Positions 8,723 to 17,100 of a stretch of DNA of 64,000 bases are shown here, one piece after another. The stretch is from Candidatus Aminicenantes bacterium (lineage in GTDB: Bacteria > Acidobacteriota > Aminicenantia > UBA2199). The position numbers and the translations under genes were made by a program. The notes below the pieces were generated by a model. The model did not search any database. It saw only the letters and a list, made by a program, of their open reading frames with translations, and was not told where the DNA came from. Numbering within the stretch: position 1 is the first letter of the stretch; each line of letters starts with the position of its first letter. The stretch covers positions 31,722-95,721 of the forward strand of contig JAFGSF010000036.1 in NCBI GenBank assembly GCA_016934745.1. The letters run 5' to 3'.

Positions 8723-9832
8723 ATGCAATTCATTGATCTGGCCGCCCAGCAGAAGAGGATTCGCCGGCAGCTTGATGAACGGATCAAAAAGGTCCTTGAC
8801 CATGGACAGTATGTCCTGGGCCCTGAAATCCGCGAGCTTGAAGACAAGCTGGCCGCCTTCGTGGACATGCCTTTTGCCGTTTCCGTGGCCAGCGGCACCG
8901 ACGCCCTGCTCATGCCGCTGATGGCCGAAAAAGCGGGCCCCGGCGACGCCGTCTTCGCCCCCACCTTCACCTTCATCGCCACGGCTGGGGCCATCGCCCT
9001 CAGCGGCGCGACGCCGGTGTTCGTCGACAGCGACCCGGAGACCTTCAACATCGACCCGGACGAGCTCGAAAAATCGATCCGAAAAACCATCGCCGCCAAA
9101 AAATTCGTCCCCAAAGGGATCATCCCCGTAGACCTGTTCGGCCAGCCCGCAGATTACCGCGCCATCCAGGCTATTGCCGATAAATACGGCCTGTTTGTTC
9201 TGGAAGACGCGGCCCAGAGCTTCGGCGCCAGCCAAAACGGCAAGAAAGCCGGGGCCCTGGCCGCGATCGGCGCCACCAGTTTTTTCCCGGCCAAGCCCTT
9301 GGGCTGCTACGGCGACGGCGGCATGATTTTCACTGCCGACAAAGACATGAACGAGCAGCTCCTTTCCATCCGCGTCCACGGTCAGGGAACTGACAAGTAC
9401 ACCAACGTGCGCGTGGGCATCAACGGCCGCATGGATTCGCTGCAGGCGGCTGTGCTGCTGGCCAAGCTGGAGATCTTTCCCGAGGAGATCGAGCTGCGCC
9501 AGCAGGTCGCCGGCCGCTACGACCGGCTGCTGGCCGGAGCAGTAAAGATTCAGAAAGTTCTGCAGGAAAACGTCTCGGCTTGGGCCCAGTACTCGGTGCT
9601 CCATCCGCGCCGCGACCAGGTCATAAAAAAATTGCGCGAAAAAAGCATTCCGACTGCGATTTACTATCCAATTCCGCTGCATTTGCAGGAAGCTTTCTCC
9701 GGTCTCGGCTATGATCGGGGCGATTTCCCCGTCGCCGAAAAGATCGCCGGCGAGGTCTTCAGCCTGCCCTTCCATCCCTACCTGGACGAGCAAACCCAGG
9801 AAGAGATCGCGGCAGCCGTCCAGAGCGCGTGA
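8723..9832 (+). CDS. DegT/DnrJ/EryC1/StrS-family PLP sugar aminotransferase
   Basis: 'MQFIDLAAQQKRIRRQLDERIKKVLDHGQYVLGPEIRELEDKLAAFVDMPFAVSVASGTDALLM' is the canonical family N-terminus. AGGAGA SD at 8711-8716. Confidence 0.9.
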   Translation: MQFIDLAAQQKRIRRQLDERIKKVLDHGQYVLGPEIRELEDKLAAFVDMPFAVSVASGTDALLMPLMAEKAGPGDAVFAPTFTFIATAGAIALSGATPVFVDSDPETFNIDPDELEKSIRKTIAAKKFVPKGIIPVDLFGQPADYRAIQAIADKYGLFVLEDAAQSFGASQNGKKAGALAAIGATSFFPAKPLGCYGDGGMIFTADKDMNEQLLSIRVHGQGTDKYTNVRVGINGRMDSLQAAVLLAKLEIFPEEIELRQQVAGRYDRLLAGAVKIQKVLQENVSAWAQYSVLHPRRDQVIKKLREKSIPTAIYYPIPLHLQEAFSGLGYDRGDFPVAEKIAGEVFSLPFHPYLDEQTQEEIAAAVQSA

Positions 9833-9865
9833 GCCCATGGCGACAAACAAGGTAAAACAGGTCGG

Positions 9866-10053
9866 ATGAGGCAACGTAAGGATTTTCTCGTCTTCGCCAG
9901 TCCGCTCATCGAAGAGGCGGAGATCGCCGAAGTGGTGGCGACCCTGCGCTCAGGTTGGATCGGCAGCGGACCGTGTTCTTGCCCCTTTCGACAAGGCTCA
10001 GCGACGAAGACGTGGCCGACGTGATCGCGGTTGTGAGGGACATTTTAGCCTGA
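9866..10053 (+). pseudogene. remnant of a second DegT-family aminotransferase (large internal deletion plus frameshift)
   Basis: ATG 9866 encodes 'MRQRKDFLVFASPLIEEAEIAEVVATLRSGWIGSGP', a family N-terminus. From 9976, in a different frame, it reads 'FLPLSTRLSDEDVADVIAVVRDILA*' (a family C-terminus, stop 10051-10053). About 300 central codons are missing. Confidence 0.6.
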
Positions 10054-11054
10054 TGCCGGCGTGTATACGATCTGCTCGCTTAGCAACCAACTCCGAATGG
10101 GATGAAGCCGCCCGCACGTGTTCCCATGCCACCTTTTTTCATACCCGCGCCTGGGCTGATCTCTGGGCATCTGTCTCGGGGCTCGAACCCGGAGCGCTTT
10201 GCTGCGATTTCACTGACGGACAACGCCTTATCGTGCCGTTTTCCCTAAAAAAAGGCCGCCGGGGATTTGTCCGCGAACGATTACTGTCGGCGGCGGGCAC
10301 ATATGGAGGAGCACTTTACGGCGCCGGGGTGACGCTGGAGCATCTTTTGGCGGCCATCCGTTGCCTGGCTCGGGGGCATTCCATATCCTGGCGGTTGTCC
10401 CCGTACGAGCCATACGCAGGCGAGATCGCAGTAGTCCTTTCCACGCGCTCAACAAACTTTCCGCATAGCTGGAAGCGGCATGAAAACAGCAGCGAAACGC
10501 TGGCTCTTGACGACCTGCGCCGCAACGGAGGATTGCTGAAACACGTGCACTACAACTGCAGAAAACAGATCCTCAAGGGGCAACGCGCCGGCATATCCGT
10601 TCGCCTGGCCGTCGCTGCAGACGAATGGCAGGACTTCATGGGACTCTATCGAGATGCTGTTGCCCGTTGGGGCGAAAAAGCGACAATGTCCTATCCCGAC
10701 AAGCTGTTTCAGGCTTTACAGATTCTAGATCCGGAAGCATGCCGGTTATGGCTGGCATATCACGAGGGTCGGCTGGTCGGAGGCAGCGTGAATTTTTACC
10801 ATAATCGCCATGCCGTGGAGTGGCTGGCGGCGTATGACCCGGGATCCTTCCCTCTGGGGGTGCGCAACCGGTTGACCTGGCACATGATCGAACATGCCAT
10901 GGCCATCAATGGCTCGATTTATGATTTCAATCCCAGTGGAACGCTGGAGGGGACTCGGCGATTCAAGCAAACCTTCAATACCTGCCAGCGGCAAACCCCT
11001 TTACTCGTGCGCCGAACCATGTTACGGTGTGCCCTGGAATGGATCGGTCGCTAA
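10053..11054 (+). CDS. FemAB-like / Acetyltransf_6-type GNAT transferase
   Basis: 333 aa. 'ATFFHTRAWADLW' N-terminal motif; 'CRKQILKGQRAGISVR' and 'AYHEGRLVGGSVNFYH...AYDPGSFPLGVRNRLTWHMIEHA...YDFNPSG...RFKQTF' fit the FemAB-like two-lobe GNAT pattern. TGATG overlap with the remnant stop. Confidence 0.55.
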   Translation: MPACIRSARLATNSEWDEAARTCSHATFFHTRAWADLWASVSGLEPGALCCDFTDGQRLIVPFSLKKGRRGFVRERLLSAAGTYGGALYGAGVTLEHLLAAIRCLARGHSISWRLSPYEPYAGEIAVVLSTRSTNFPHSWKRHENSSETLALDDLRRNGGLLKHVHYNCRKQILKGQRAGISVRLAVAADEWQDFMGLYRDAVARWGEKATMSYPDKLFQALQILDPEACRLWLAYHEGRLVGGSVNFYHNRHAVEWLAAYDPGSFPLGVRNRLTWHMIEHAMAINGSIYDFNPSGTLEGTRRFKQTFNTCQRQTPLLVRRTMLRCALEWIGR

Positions 11055-11065
11055 AAAAACATACC

Positions 11066-11887
11066 ATGCTGAAAAAAGCCTTTTCTGAACTCTGCCGACT
11101 TCTCCCCCACCACATCGCAAAGACCTACCTGCTGCCTTTGCGCTATCGTCTGCGGTCTGTTCATGCCTATCAAGCCAAGGATTTCTTTGATTCCTATTAT
11201 TCCCTGACGGACAGTTGCAGCGACGGCCACACCGTGTCTCCCGATGCGCAACCGCTGCTGGTTCGCTATCATTACAATCAGGTCGAAAATTCCATTATTG
11301 AGTTCATGGCTGCTTACCGGGGCAATCAAGCACTCGACCAAGTACTGGACGTTGGCGCGGGGACCGGTCACTGGACCAGCTTCTATCTGAATACCTTGCT
11401 TGCCAAACATGTCACGGCGATCGAAATATCGACTGTGGCCGCACAGCGTTTGCAAGCCCGTTTTCAACCAAGCCAAGTGACGGTCATCAATCAGGATATT
11501 GCCAGCGCCGCGACACTTCCCGGTGGAGTTGACTTAATCAATGCCGTCGGAGTCATGTTCCATATCGTGGACGATGCGGTGTTGGAACGTGTTGTCGGCC
11601 GCCTGGCCGCCACTCTGCGTACGGGTGGGGTCTTCATTGTCAGCGGATATTTCGGCTGGATAAACCAAAACACCCAGTTTCACAGCCATGACGCCTTCTC
11701 CAGTTGGGCGGATACCCGCAGCATCCCCGACCGCGGTCCGCTTCTGGTGGACAAGCGCGTGCGGTCCATTTTTTTTTGGCGGCGCCTGCTGCAGCGCCAC
11801 AATCTGCGCATCCAGCAAGTGCGGCGCCATCACAATCCGCTGCATGGACCCGAAAACAATATTTTATTCGCCGTACGCAGCCGATAG
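11066..11887 (+). CDS. class I SAM-dependent methyltransferase
   Basis: SAM motif I 'VLDVGAGTGHWT' and post-I 'AIEIS'. Start ATG 11066 lies just after the upstream stop (11052-11054). Confidence 0.75.
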   Translation: MLKKAFSELCRLLPHHIAKTYLLPLRYRLRSVHAYQAKDFFDSYYSLTDSCSDGHTVSPDAQPLLVRYHYNQVENSIIEFMAAYRGNQALDQVLDVGAGTGHWTSFYLNTLLAKHVTAIEISTVAAQRLQARFQPSQVTVINQDIASAATLPGGVDLINAVGVMFHIVDDAVLERVVGRLAATLRTGGVFIVSGYFGWINQNTQFHSHDAFSSWADTRSIPDRGPLLVDKRVRSIFFWRRLLQRHNLRIQQVRRHHNPLHGPENNILFAVRSR

Positions 11888-11888
11888 C

Positions 11889-12794
11889 ATGTCAGCCAGG
11901 TGGTCCGGCCGGTTCCTTTCCCGCTTGGAGCGATGGGAGCGGGCCCGCGCCACCGATTGCGGCGCAGCGCAACTTTTCCTGACCGGCCTGCCACGCACCG
12001 GGACCACCCTGGTCAGCCAGTATATTGTCCATCGGCTGGACGTGGCTTATTTCACCAACGGCGTCAAACGTTTCCCCCTGGCACCCTGCACGGTGAGCCG
12101 CTGGCAGCGGTGGCTTCATCCACCTTATCAGTCTGATTTCCTCAGCGAATACGGACGCAGCAAGGGGCCGATGGCGCCGCGTGAAGCCGGCGCCTTCTGG
12201 GGCCACTACTTTGACCTCAATCGCTACCAGAAGATCAGCGACGTGCCCCCCCTGCACCTGGAGGCCGTTCGCCGCACCGTGTGGCGGATGCAGAACATCT
12301 TTTCGGGCGCCGCCTTCGTGAACAAGAACGTCAAGCACCTGCTGCGCCTGAATATACTGGCAACTATTTTCCCCAAAGCTTATTTCCTGGTCATTCAGCG
12401 TTCGCTGCCCGACATCGCCATTTCCGTACTAATCGGCAGGCGTCAACTCAGCCCGGACGGTTCCAAATGGTTTTCCATAGTGCCCCGCTGCTACGAAGAG
12501 ATCCGCCAATTACCCGTTGTTGAACAGATTCCCCGCCAACTTATCGACATCCAGGAAAAAATGGAAGAAGACCTGGCGCGCATCGCCCCGGCGCGAATCC
12601 TGTACATTCCCTACGGCGAGTTCTGTCAAGCACCGGAGGCGCTGATCGATAAAATCCGGAACTGCTGCCCCGGTCTCCGCGAAAAGAGCCCGGCCGTGGC
12701 TTCCTTCCCGGAAAAGCGGCATGAACCCGCTAATAGCGAACAAATTAAATTGGTCCGCGTCATGCAGGAACTGATACGCACGAGGCTGAAATAA
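11889..12794 (+). CDS. PAPS-dependent sulfotransferase family protein
   Basis: 5'-phosphosulfate-binding loop 'FLTGLPRTGTTLVSQYI' and 3'-phosphate motif 'FLVIQRSLPDIAISV' (cf. RDPRDxxxS). ATG 11889 lies 1 nt after the upstream TAG. Confidence 0.75.
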   Translation: MSARWSGRFLSRLERWERARATDCGAAQLFLTGLPRTGTTLVSQYIVHRLDVAYFTNGVKRFPLAPCTVSRWQRWLHPPYQSDFLSEYGRSKGPMAPREAGAFWGHYFDLNRYQKISDVPPLHLEAVRRTVWRMQNIFSGAAFVNKNVKHLLRLNILATIFPKAYFLVIQRSLPDIAISVLIGRRQLSPDGSKWFSIVPRCYEEIRQLPVVEQIPRQLIDIQEKMEEDLARIAPARILYIPYGEFCQAPEALIDKIRNCCPGLREKSPAVASFPEKRHEPANSEQIKLVRVMQELIRTRLK

Positions 12795-12846
12795 CCGGAA
12801 TTCAGCCGAAAGGCTAAATCCACAGACAAATCAAGGAGAGCCGTTG

Positions 12847-13566
12847 ATGACCAGCAAGAACCCGAGTCGCCGCTATTACGCCCACTACCCTTTGAGCCAT
12901 CCCGCCTGGTTGGCGGTCCGGTTGGCCGGGGCCCGGATCGAGGCCGCCGCTACCCGGCACTTTCGCGGCAGCCTGATCGACATCGGCTGCGGCGACAAGT
13001 GGAAAAGCGATCTGGTCGGCCGTTTCGTTGAGCAGTACACGGGCGTCGATCATGCCGACACCATACATGACCACTCGGCGATCGACCGCATCGGCTCGGC
13101 CTACGCATTGCCCGCCGCCGACAACGAGTTCGACTGCGTGCTCTGCACGTCGGTCCTCGAGCACCTGGAAGAACCGGAAGCGGCGCTGCGCGAAGCGCTG
13201 CGCGTGCTCAAGCCGGGGGGCGCGGCGATCTACACGGTCCCCCAGATTTGGCATCTGCACGAGGAGCCGCGCGACTTTTTCCGCTTCACCCGCTATGGTC
13301 TGCAATATCTTTTTTCAAAGGCTGGGTTCGAACTGGTTGAGATCGAAGCCCTTTCAGGATTCTGGGCGACCTTCGGCAGCGAATTCAGCAACTACCTGAA
13401 CAGCTTCCGCTGGCGCTGGCTGCGCCCGTTCATTGCATGGTGGACCGTTTTGAACAACCTGTTTTTCCTGTTGCTGGAAAAAATGCACCGCAATCCGAAA
13501 TGGACCTGGGCGCATCTGGTCGTCGTGCACAAGCCGGCCCCTCTGACAATCGAGTCGCCAAGATGA
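12847..13566 (+). CDS. class I SAM-dependent methyltransferase (Methyltransf_11-like)
   Basis: 'LIDIGCGDKW' motif I and 'VLEHLEEPEAALREALRVLKPGGAAIYTVP'. Has a hydrophobic C-terminal tail. Confidence 0.8.
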   Translation: MTSKNPSRRYYAHYPLSHPAWLAVRLAGARIEAAATRHFRGSLIDIGCGDKWKSDLVGRFVEQYTGVDHADTIHDHSAIDRIGSAYALPAADNEFDCVLCTSVLEHLEEPEAALREALRVLKPGGAAIYTVPQIWHLHEEPRDFFRFTRYGLQYLFSKAGFELVEIEALSGFWATFGSEFSNYLNSFRWRWLRPFIAWWTVLNNLFFLLLEKMHRNPKWTWAHLVVVHKPAPLTIESPR

Positions 13567-14393
13567 ACACATCACTTCCATTCATGCGCTTTCAAAACAA
13601 GCAGGAAGAGGAACTGTGGCATGAATTACGCGAACACATCGAGCAAATCGTCCGAACCTATTCGGGAAACAACGATCCTGAGCGCATCACCCGCGTCACG
13701 AACAATTGGTTCGACGACCGGGGCGATTATGACGGGCGCTGGGCTGTCATCCAGCGGAGCCTTAAAGAAAAGGAAAAAATACTTGACATGGCGGCCGGCT
13801 ACGGTACTTTTCTCCTGCATGGCCTGAATCTCGGCTGTGATATGTGGGGAGTGGAGCCCGAATCTTACAAGCAGCAATATTTTGTCAAAAAAATTTCGGC
13901 CTCCGGGTATCCCACAGCCTTTCGAGAGAGGTTTATCCCCGGCTGGGGCGAAGCCCTGCCATTTCCCGATGCCCACTTTGGACTGGTCACTACCTACCAG
14001 ACTTTGGAGCATGTACGGGATGTCGGGCAATGCCTGAGTGAAATGCTACGGGTTTTGAAACCGGGAGGGGCTCTATACATCCGCGCTCCGGACTATGGAA
14101 GTTTTTTCGAGCCTCACTATGGAATACCTTTTTGGCCAAAGATGAATAAAAATATCGCCGCCATCTATTTGAAACTTCTGGGCCGTCCATTGACGGCATT
14201 GCATGACCTCAACTGGGTCACTGAAAAACAAATCATTGCCCTGATCCAAAAACTCCCTTATGTAACCAACATCGCCGGAACATCTGCCCCATTGTTCGTT
14301 TCCGGCCAATCCCTGAAGCAGCGTTTAACACGCTTCGGCCATTTTCTACGGAGAAAAAAGCAGATCGACCTGTGGGTAACCAAAATAAAATAA
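13563..14393 (+). CDS. class I SAM-dependent methyltransferase
   Basis: 'ILDMAAGYGTF' motif I and 'TLEHVRDVGQCLSEMLRVLKPGGALYIRAPD'. ATGA overlap with the upstream stop at 13563-13566. Confidence 0.75.
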   Translation: MNTSLPFMRFQNKQEEELWHELREHIEQIVRTYSGNNDPERITRVTNNWFDDRGDYDGRWAVIQRSLKEKEKILDMAAGYGTFLLHGLNLGCDMWGVEPESYKQQYFVKKISASGYPTAFRERFIPGWGEALPFPDAHFGLVTTYQTLEHVRDVGQCLSEMLRVLKPGGALYIRAPDYGSFFEPHYGIPFWPKMNKNIAAIYLKLLGRPLTALHDLNWVTEKQIIALIQKLPYVTNIAGTSAPLFVSGQSLKQRLTRFGHFLRRKKQIDLWVTKIK

Positions 14394-15901
14394 ATGCCCA
14401 AAAGAGCCTGGAGAACAGCCGTGTAGGTTCACTGCGCCAACGCACTCTGCACGGGATAGGATGGAGCGGACTGTCTCAGGTGTTGCGCCAAGGGCTGCAG
14501 GTCGGGGTTTCGGTCGTGCTGGCCCGGCTTCTGACCCCGAGCGATTTCGGAGCGTTGGCCATGGTCCTTGTCTTCACGGGATTTGCCGCCTCCTTCAGCG
14601 ACCTGGGGCTGGGCGCCGCTTTGATCCAGAAACAGGATGCCGGCCCACGCCATGCCGCCACGGTGTTCTGCCTGCAGATGATCGTCGGCATCACCCTGGC
14701 CCTGCTGCTGATGGTCACCGCCCCGTTGATCGCCGGTTTCTACAAGAACCCGCGTTTGGTCCGGCTGTGCCTGGGGATCGCTCCAACCTTTATTCTGACC
14801 GCGTTTTTGGGAGTGCCGATGGCCTTGCTGCAAAAAGCCATGGCCTTCCGGAAAATCGCCATGATAGAGACTGTCGCCGTGTTTGGGTCAGGGACAGTTG
14901 CCATCCTGTTGGCCTTGAACGGCTGGGGCATCTGGAGCCTGGTGGTCCAGTCCCTGCTGACCGCCCTGCTTATTGCGGTTCTGAGTTGGCGGCTGAGCCG
15001 CTGGCGGCCTCAGTTCGCTTTCAACCTGTCGGCATGGCGGGAACTTCGCCGTTTCAGTTCAGCATTGACGGGATTCAATCTATTGAATTACTGGATCCGC
15101 AATCTGGACAATCTGGTAATCGGGAAATTCATCGGACCGGTCGCACTGGGCATCTACTCCCGGGCTTACCACCTTATGCTCTACCCGATTAGCCAGGTGA
15201 GCGGCATGGTTTCGCGGGTGATGTTTTCGGCCATGGCATCCATCCAGGATCAGACCGAACGCCTGCGCGCCATTTATCTCCGCGCTGCGCGCTTGATCGC
15301 CCTGGTCACGTTCCCGCTCATGACCGGCATGGCTGTATTGGCTGATCTTTTCATCGTCACCGTATTCGGCTCCCCGTGGCAGGATGCCGCCGGCATCCTG
15401 CGCATTCTGGCCATGGTAGGCCTATTGCAGTCGGTCGGGACCACGTTGGGGTGGATATATACGGCACGGGGACGCACCGATATCATGCTTCGCTTTGGAG
15501 CGGTCGCCGGGATCGTCTATGCCGCAGCCTTCCTGATCGGCCTGCGCTGGGGAGCGAAGGGCGTGGCTGCAGCCTATGCCGCCAGCGGTTTCTTGCTCCT
15601 GTGGTATCCTTCCTGGCGTATCGCCGGCAGGATCATCGGACTGACTTTTTCCCGCATGGTCTCCAACCTGGCCGGTATTTTCGCTTGCAGCGCCGGCATG
15701 GGCCTTGCGGTCCTGGCCTTGCAGCAATTTGTTTTTACATTGCCGGGTTGGGCTTCCCTCCTGGCCCTGGTTGGGGCGGGAATAACGGTTTATCTCCTGT
15801 TGATCCATTCTTTCAATCTTCTTGCTTATCGCGATCTGCGCCAGCTGCTGCATGAACAATGGCAGGCCAGGCGCCGGTCGGAGCGAAACGTGACGCCATG
15901 A
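14372..15901 (+). CDS. wzx: Wzx-type polysaccharide flippase (MOP superfamily)
   Basis: 509 aa, ~12-14 TM. N-terminal 'GIGWSGLSQVLRQGLQVGVSVVLARLLTPSDFGALAMV' is the typical Wzx/polysaccharide-biosynthesis-protein signature. GTG start overlaps the upstream gene by 22 nt. Confidence 0.8.
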   Translation: MGNQNKINAQKSLENSRVGSLRQRTLHGIGWSGLSQVLRQGLQVGVSVVLARLLTPSDFGALAMVLVFTGFAASFSDLGLGAALIQKQDAGPRHAATVFCLQMIVGITLALLLMVTAPLIAGFYKNPRLVRLCLGIAPTFILTAFLGVPMALLQKAMAFRKIAMIETVAVFGSGTVAILLALNGWGIWSLVVQSLLTALLIAVLSWRLSRWRPQFAFNLSAWRELRRFSSALTGFNLLNYWIRNLDNLVIGKFIGPVALGIYSRAYHLMLYPISQVSGMVSRVMFSAMASIQDQTERLRAIYLRAARLIALVTFPLMTGMAVLADLFIVTVFGSPWQDAAGILRILAMVGLLQSVGTTLGWIYTARGRTDIMLRFGAVAGIVYAAAFLIGLRWGAKGVAAAYAASGFLLLWYPSWRIAGRIIGLTFSRMVSNLAGIFACSAGMGLAVLALQQFVFTLPGWASLLALVGAGITVYLLLIHSFNLLAYRDLRQLLHEQWQARRRSERNVTP

Positions 15902-17100
15902 TCCTGAAAACTCTACGGAACGAGACGGACGCCGCTGTTCTCGCCGCCGTGGCCCATATTCACCACTTCTTCCTGCCCAAGTCGGAGACTTTTATTTACC
16001 ACATCGTCACCCACCTGCGCCTTTTTCATCCCGTTTTTGTTTCCTGGAATTACCGTAACCTCGAGCACTTTCCCATCCCTCCGGCCGATCGTTTTTCCCT
16101 GTCCCTGCCGGTCGGCGGCTGGCGCTGGCTGCGGCAAGGGATCGGCCGCCGCTTGCTGAACCGGGAACTCGGAGCGGAGAGGTTTTTAAAACAACGTCGG
16201 GTTGAACTGCTGCACGCCCATTTCGGCCGCAACGGCGTCTGGGCGCTGCGCCTGAAGCGGGCGCTGGGCCTGCCCCTGGTGACCACTTTCTACGGCCATG
16301 ACATGTCCAGGGACGTTTCCCTGGCCTCATGCGCCGCAGGCTATCCGCTGCTTTTCAGGGAAGGCGACCTCTTCCTGGTCGAAGGGCCGCACATGAAAGA
16401 ACGGCTGGCCGGGCTCGGCTGCCCCGAGGAAAAGATCGCCATCCAGCATATCGCCATTCCGCTGTCCGACCTGCCCCACCGCCCACGCCGGCCCAAGGAG
16501 AAAAAAGAAAATACCGTTATCCTCTTCAGCGGCCGCTTCATTGAAAAGAAAGGGCTGCTGGTCGCCCTGGCGGCCCTGCATGCCATTCGCCCGGATTTTC
16601 CGTATTTTGAATTCCGCATCATCGGTGATGGGCCGCTGCGAGCGGAGATCGAGAACTTCATCCAGCGCCATGCCATGAGCTCGTATGTCCGCATGCTTGG
16701 TTTTCTCGATTACTCCGCCTACCTGGAACAGATGAGTCAGGCCGATCTTTTTCTCCATCCGAGCATGACCGCCGCCGACGGCGACAGCGAGGGCGGCGCA
16801 CCGACCACCATACTCGAAGCGCAGGCACTGGGCATGCCGGTCCTGGCTACGCGCCATGCCGATATCCCCCATGTGGTCCTCTCCGGAAAAAGCGCCCTGC
16901 TCAGCGCGGAGGGCGATGTCGCCGCATTGGCCGAGAATACGGCACGTTTGCTCAGGGACCCGGGATCCTGGGCGGCAATGGGCCTGGCCGGTCGCCGTCA
17001 TATAGAAGAGCACCATGATGCGGATCGCGAAGTCCCCGGCTTGGAAGCACGCTATGCTGCACTGATCGACAGGTTCAGCCTCCACTCCCATGGCCGTTGA
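15898..17100 (+). CDS. GT-B glycosyltransferase (family 4-like)
   Basis: C-terminal domain has 'FSGRFIEKKGL...', 'LHPSMTAADGDSEGGAPTTILEAQALGMPVLATRH' (E-x7-E-type motif). ATGA overlap at 15898. Confidence 0.8.
   Translation: MILKTLRNETDAAVLAAVAHIHHFFLPKSETFIYHIVTHLRLFHPVFVSWNYRNLEHFPIPPADRFSLSLPVGGWRWLRQGIGRRLLNRELGAERFLKQRRVELLHAHFGRNGVWALRLKRALGLPLVTTFYGHDMSRDVSLASCAAGYPLLFREGDLFLVEGPHMKERLAGLGCPEEKIAIQHIAIPLSDLPHRPRRPKEKKENTVILFSGRFIEKKGLLVALAALHAIRPDFPYFEFRIIGDGPLRAEIENFIQRHAMSSYVRMLGFLDYSAYLEQMSQADLFLHPSMTAADGDSEGGAPTTILEAQALGMPVLATRHADIPHVVLSGKSALLSAEGDVAALAENTARLLRDPGSWAAMGLAGRRHIEEHHDADREVPGLEARYAALIDRFSLHSHGR

Noticed and set aside
8636-9874. A 412-aa ORF on the minus strand, longer than the DegT gene that it overlaps.
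   Set aside because: The plus-strand frame has an unmistakable DegT-family sequence from start to stop. The antisense product is low-complexity (Gly/Ala/Arg/Asp-rich) with no motif. Long antisense ORFs are expected in the ~60% GC block. The same reasoning applies to 16327-17103(-), 18619-19233(-), 11892-12338(-) and 12814-13305(-).
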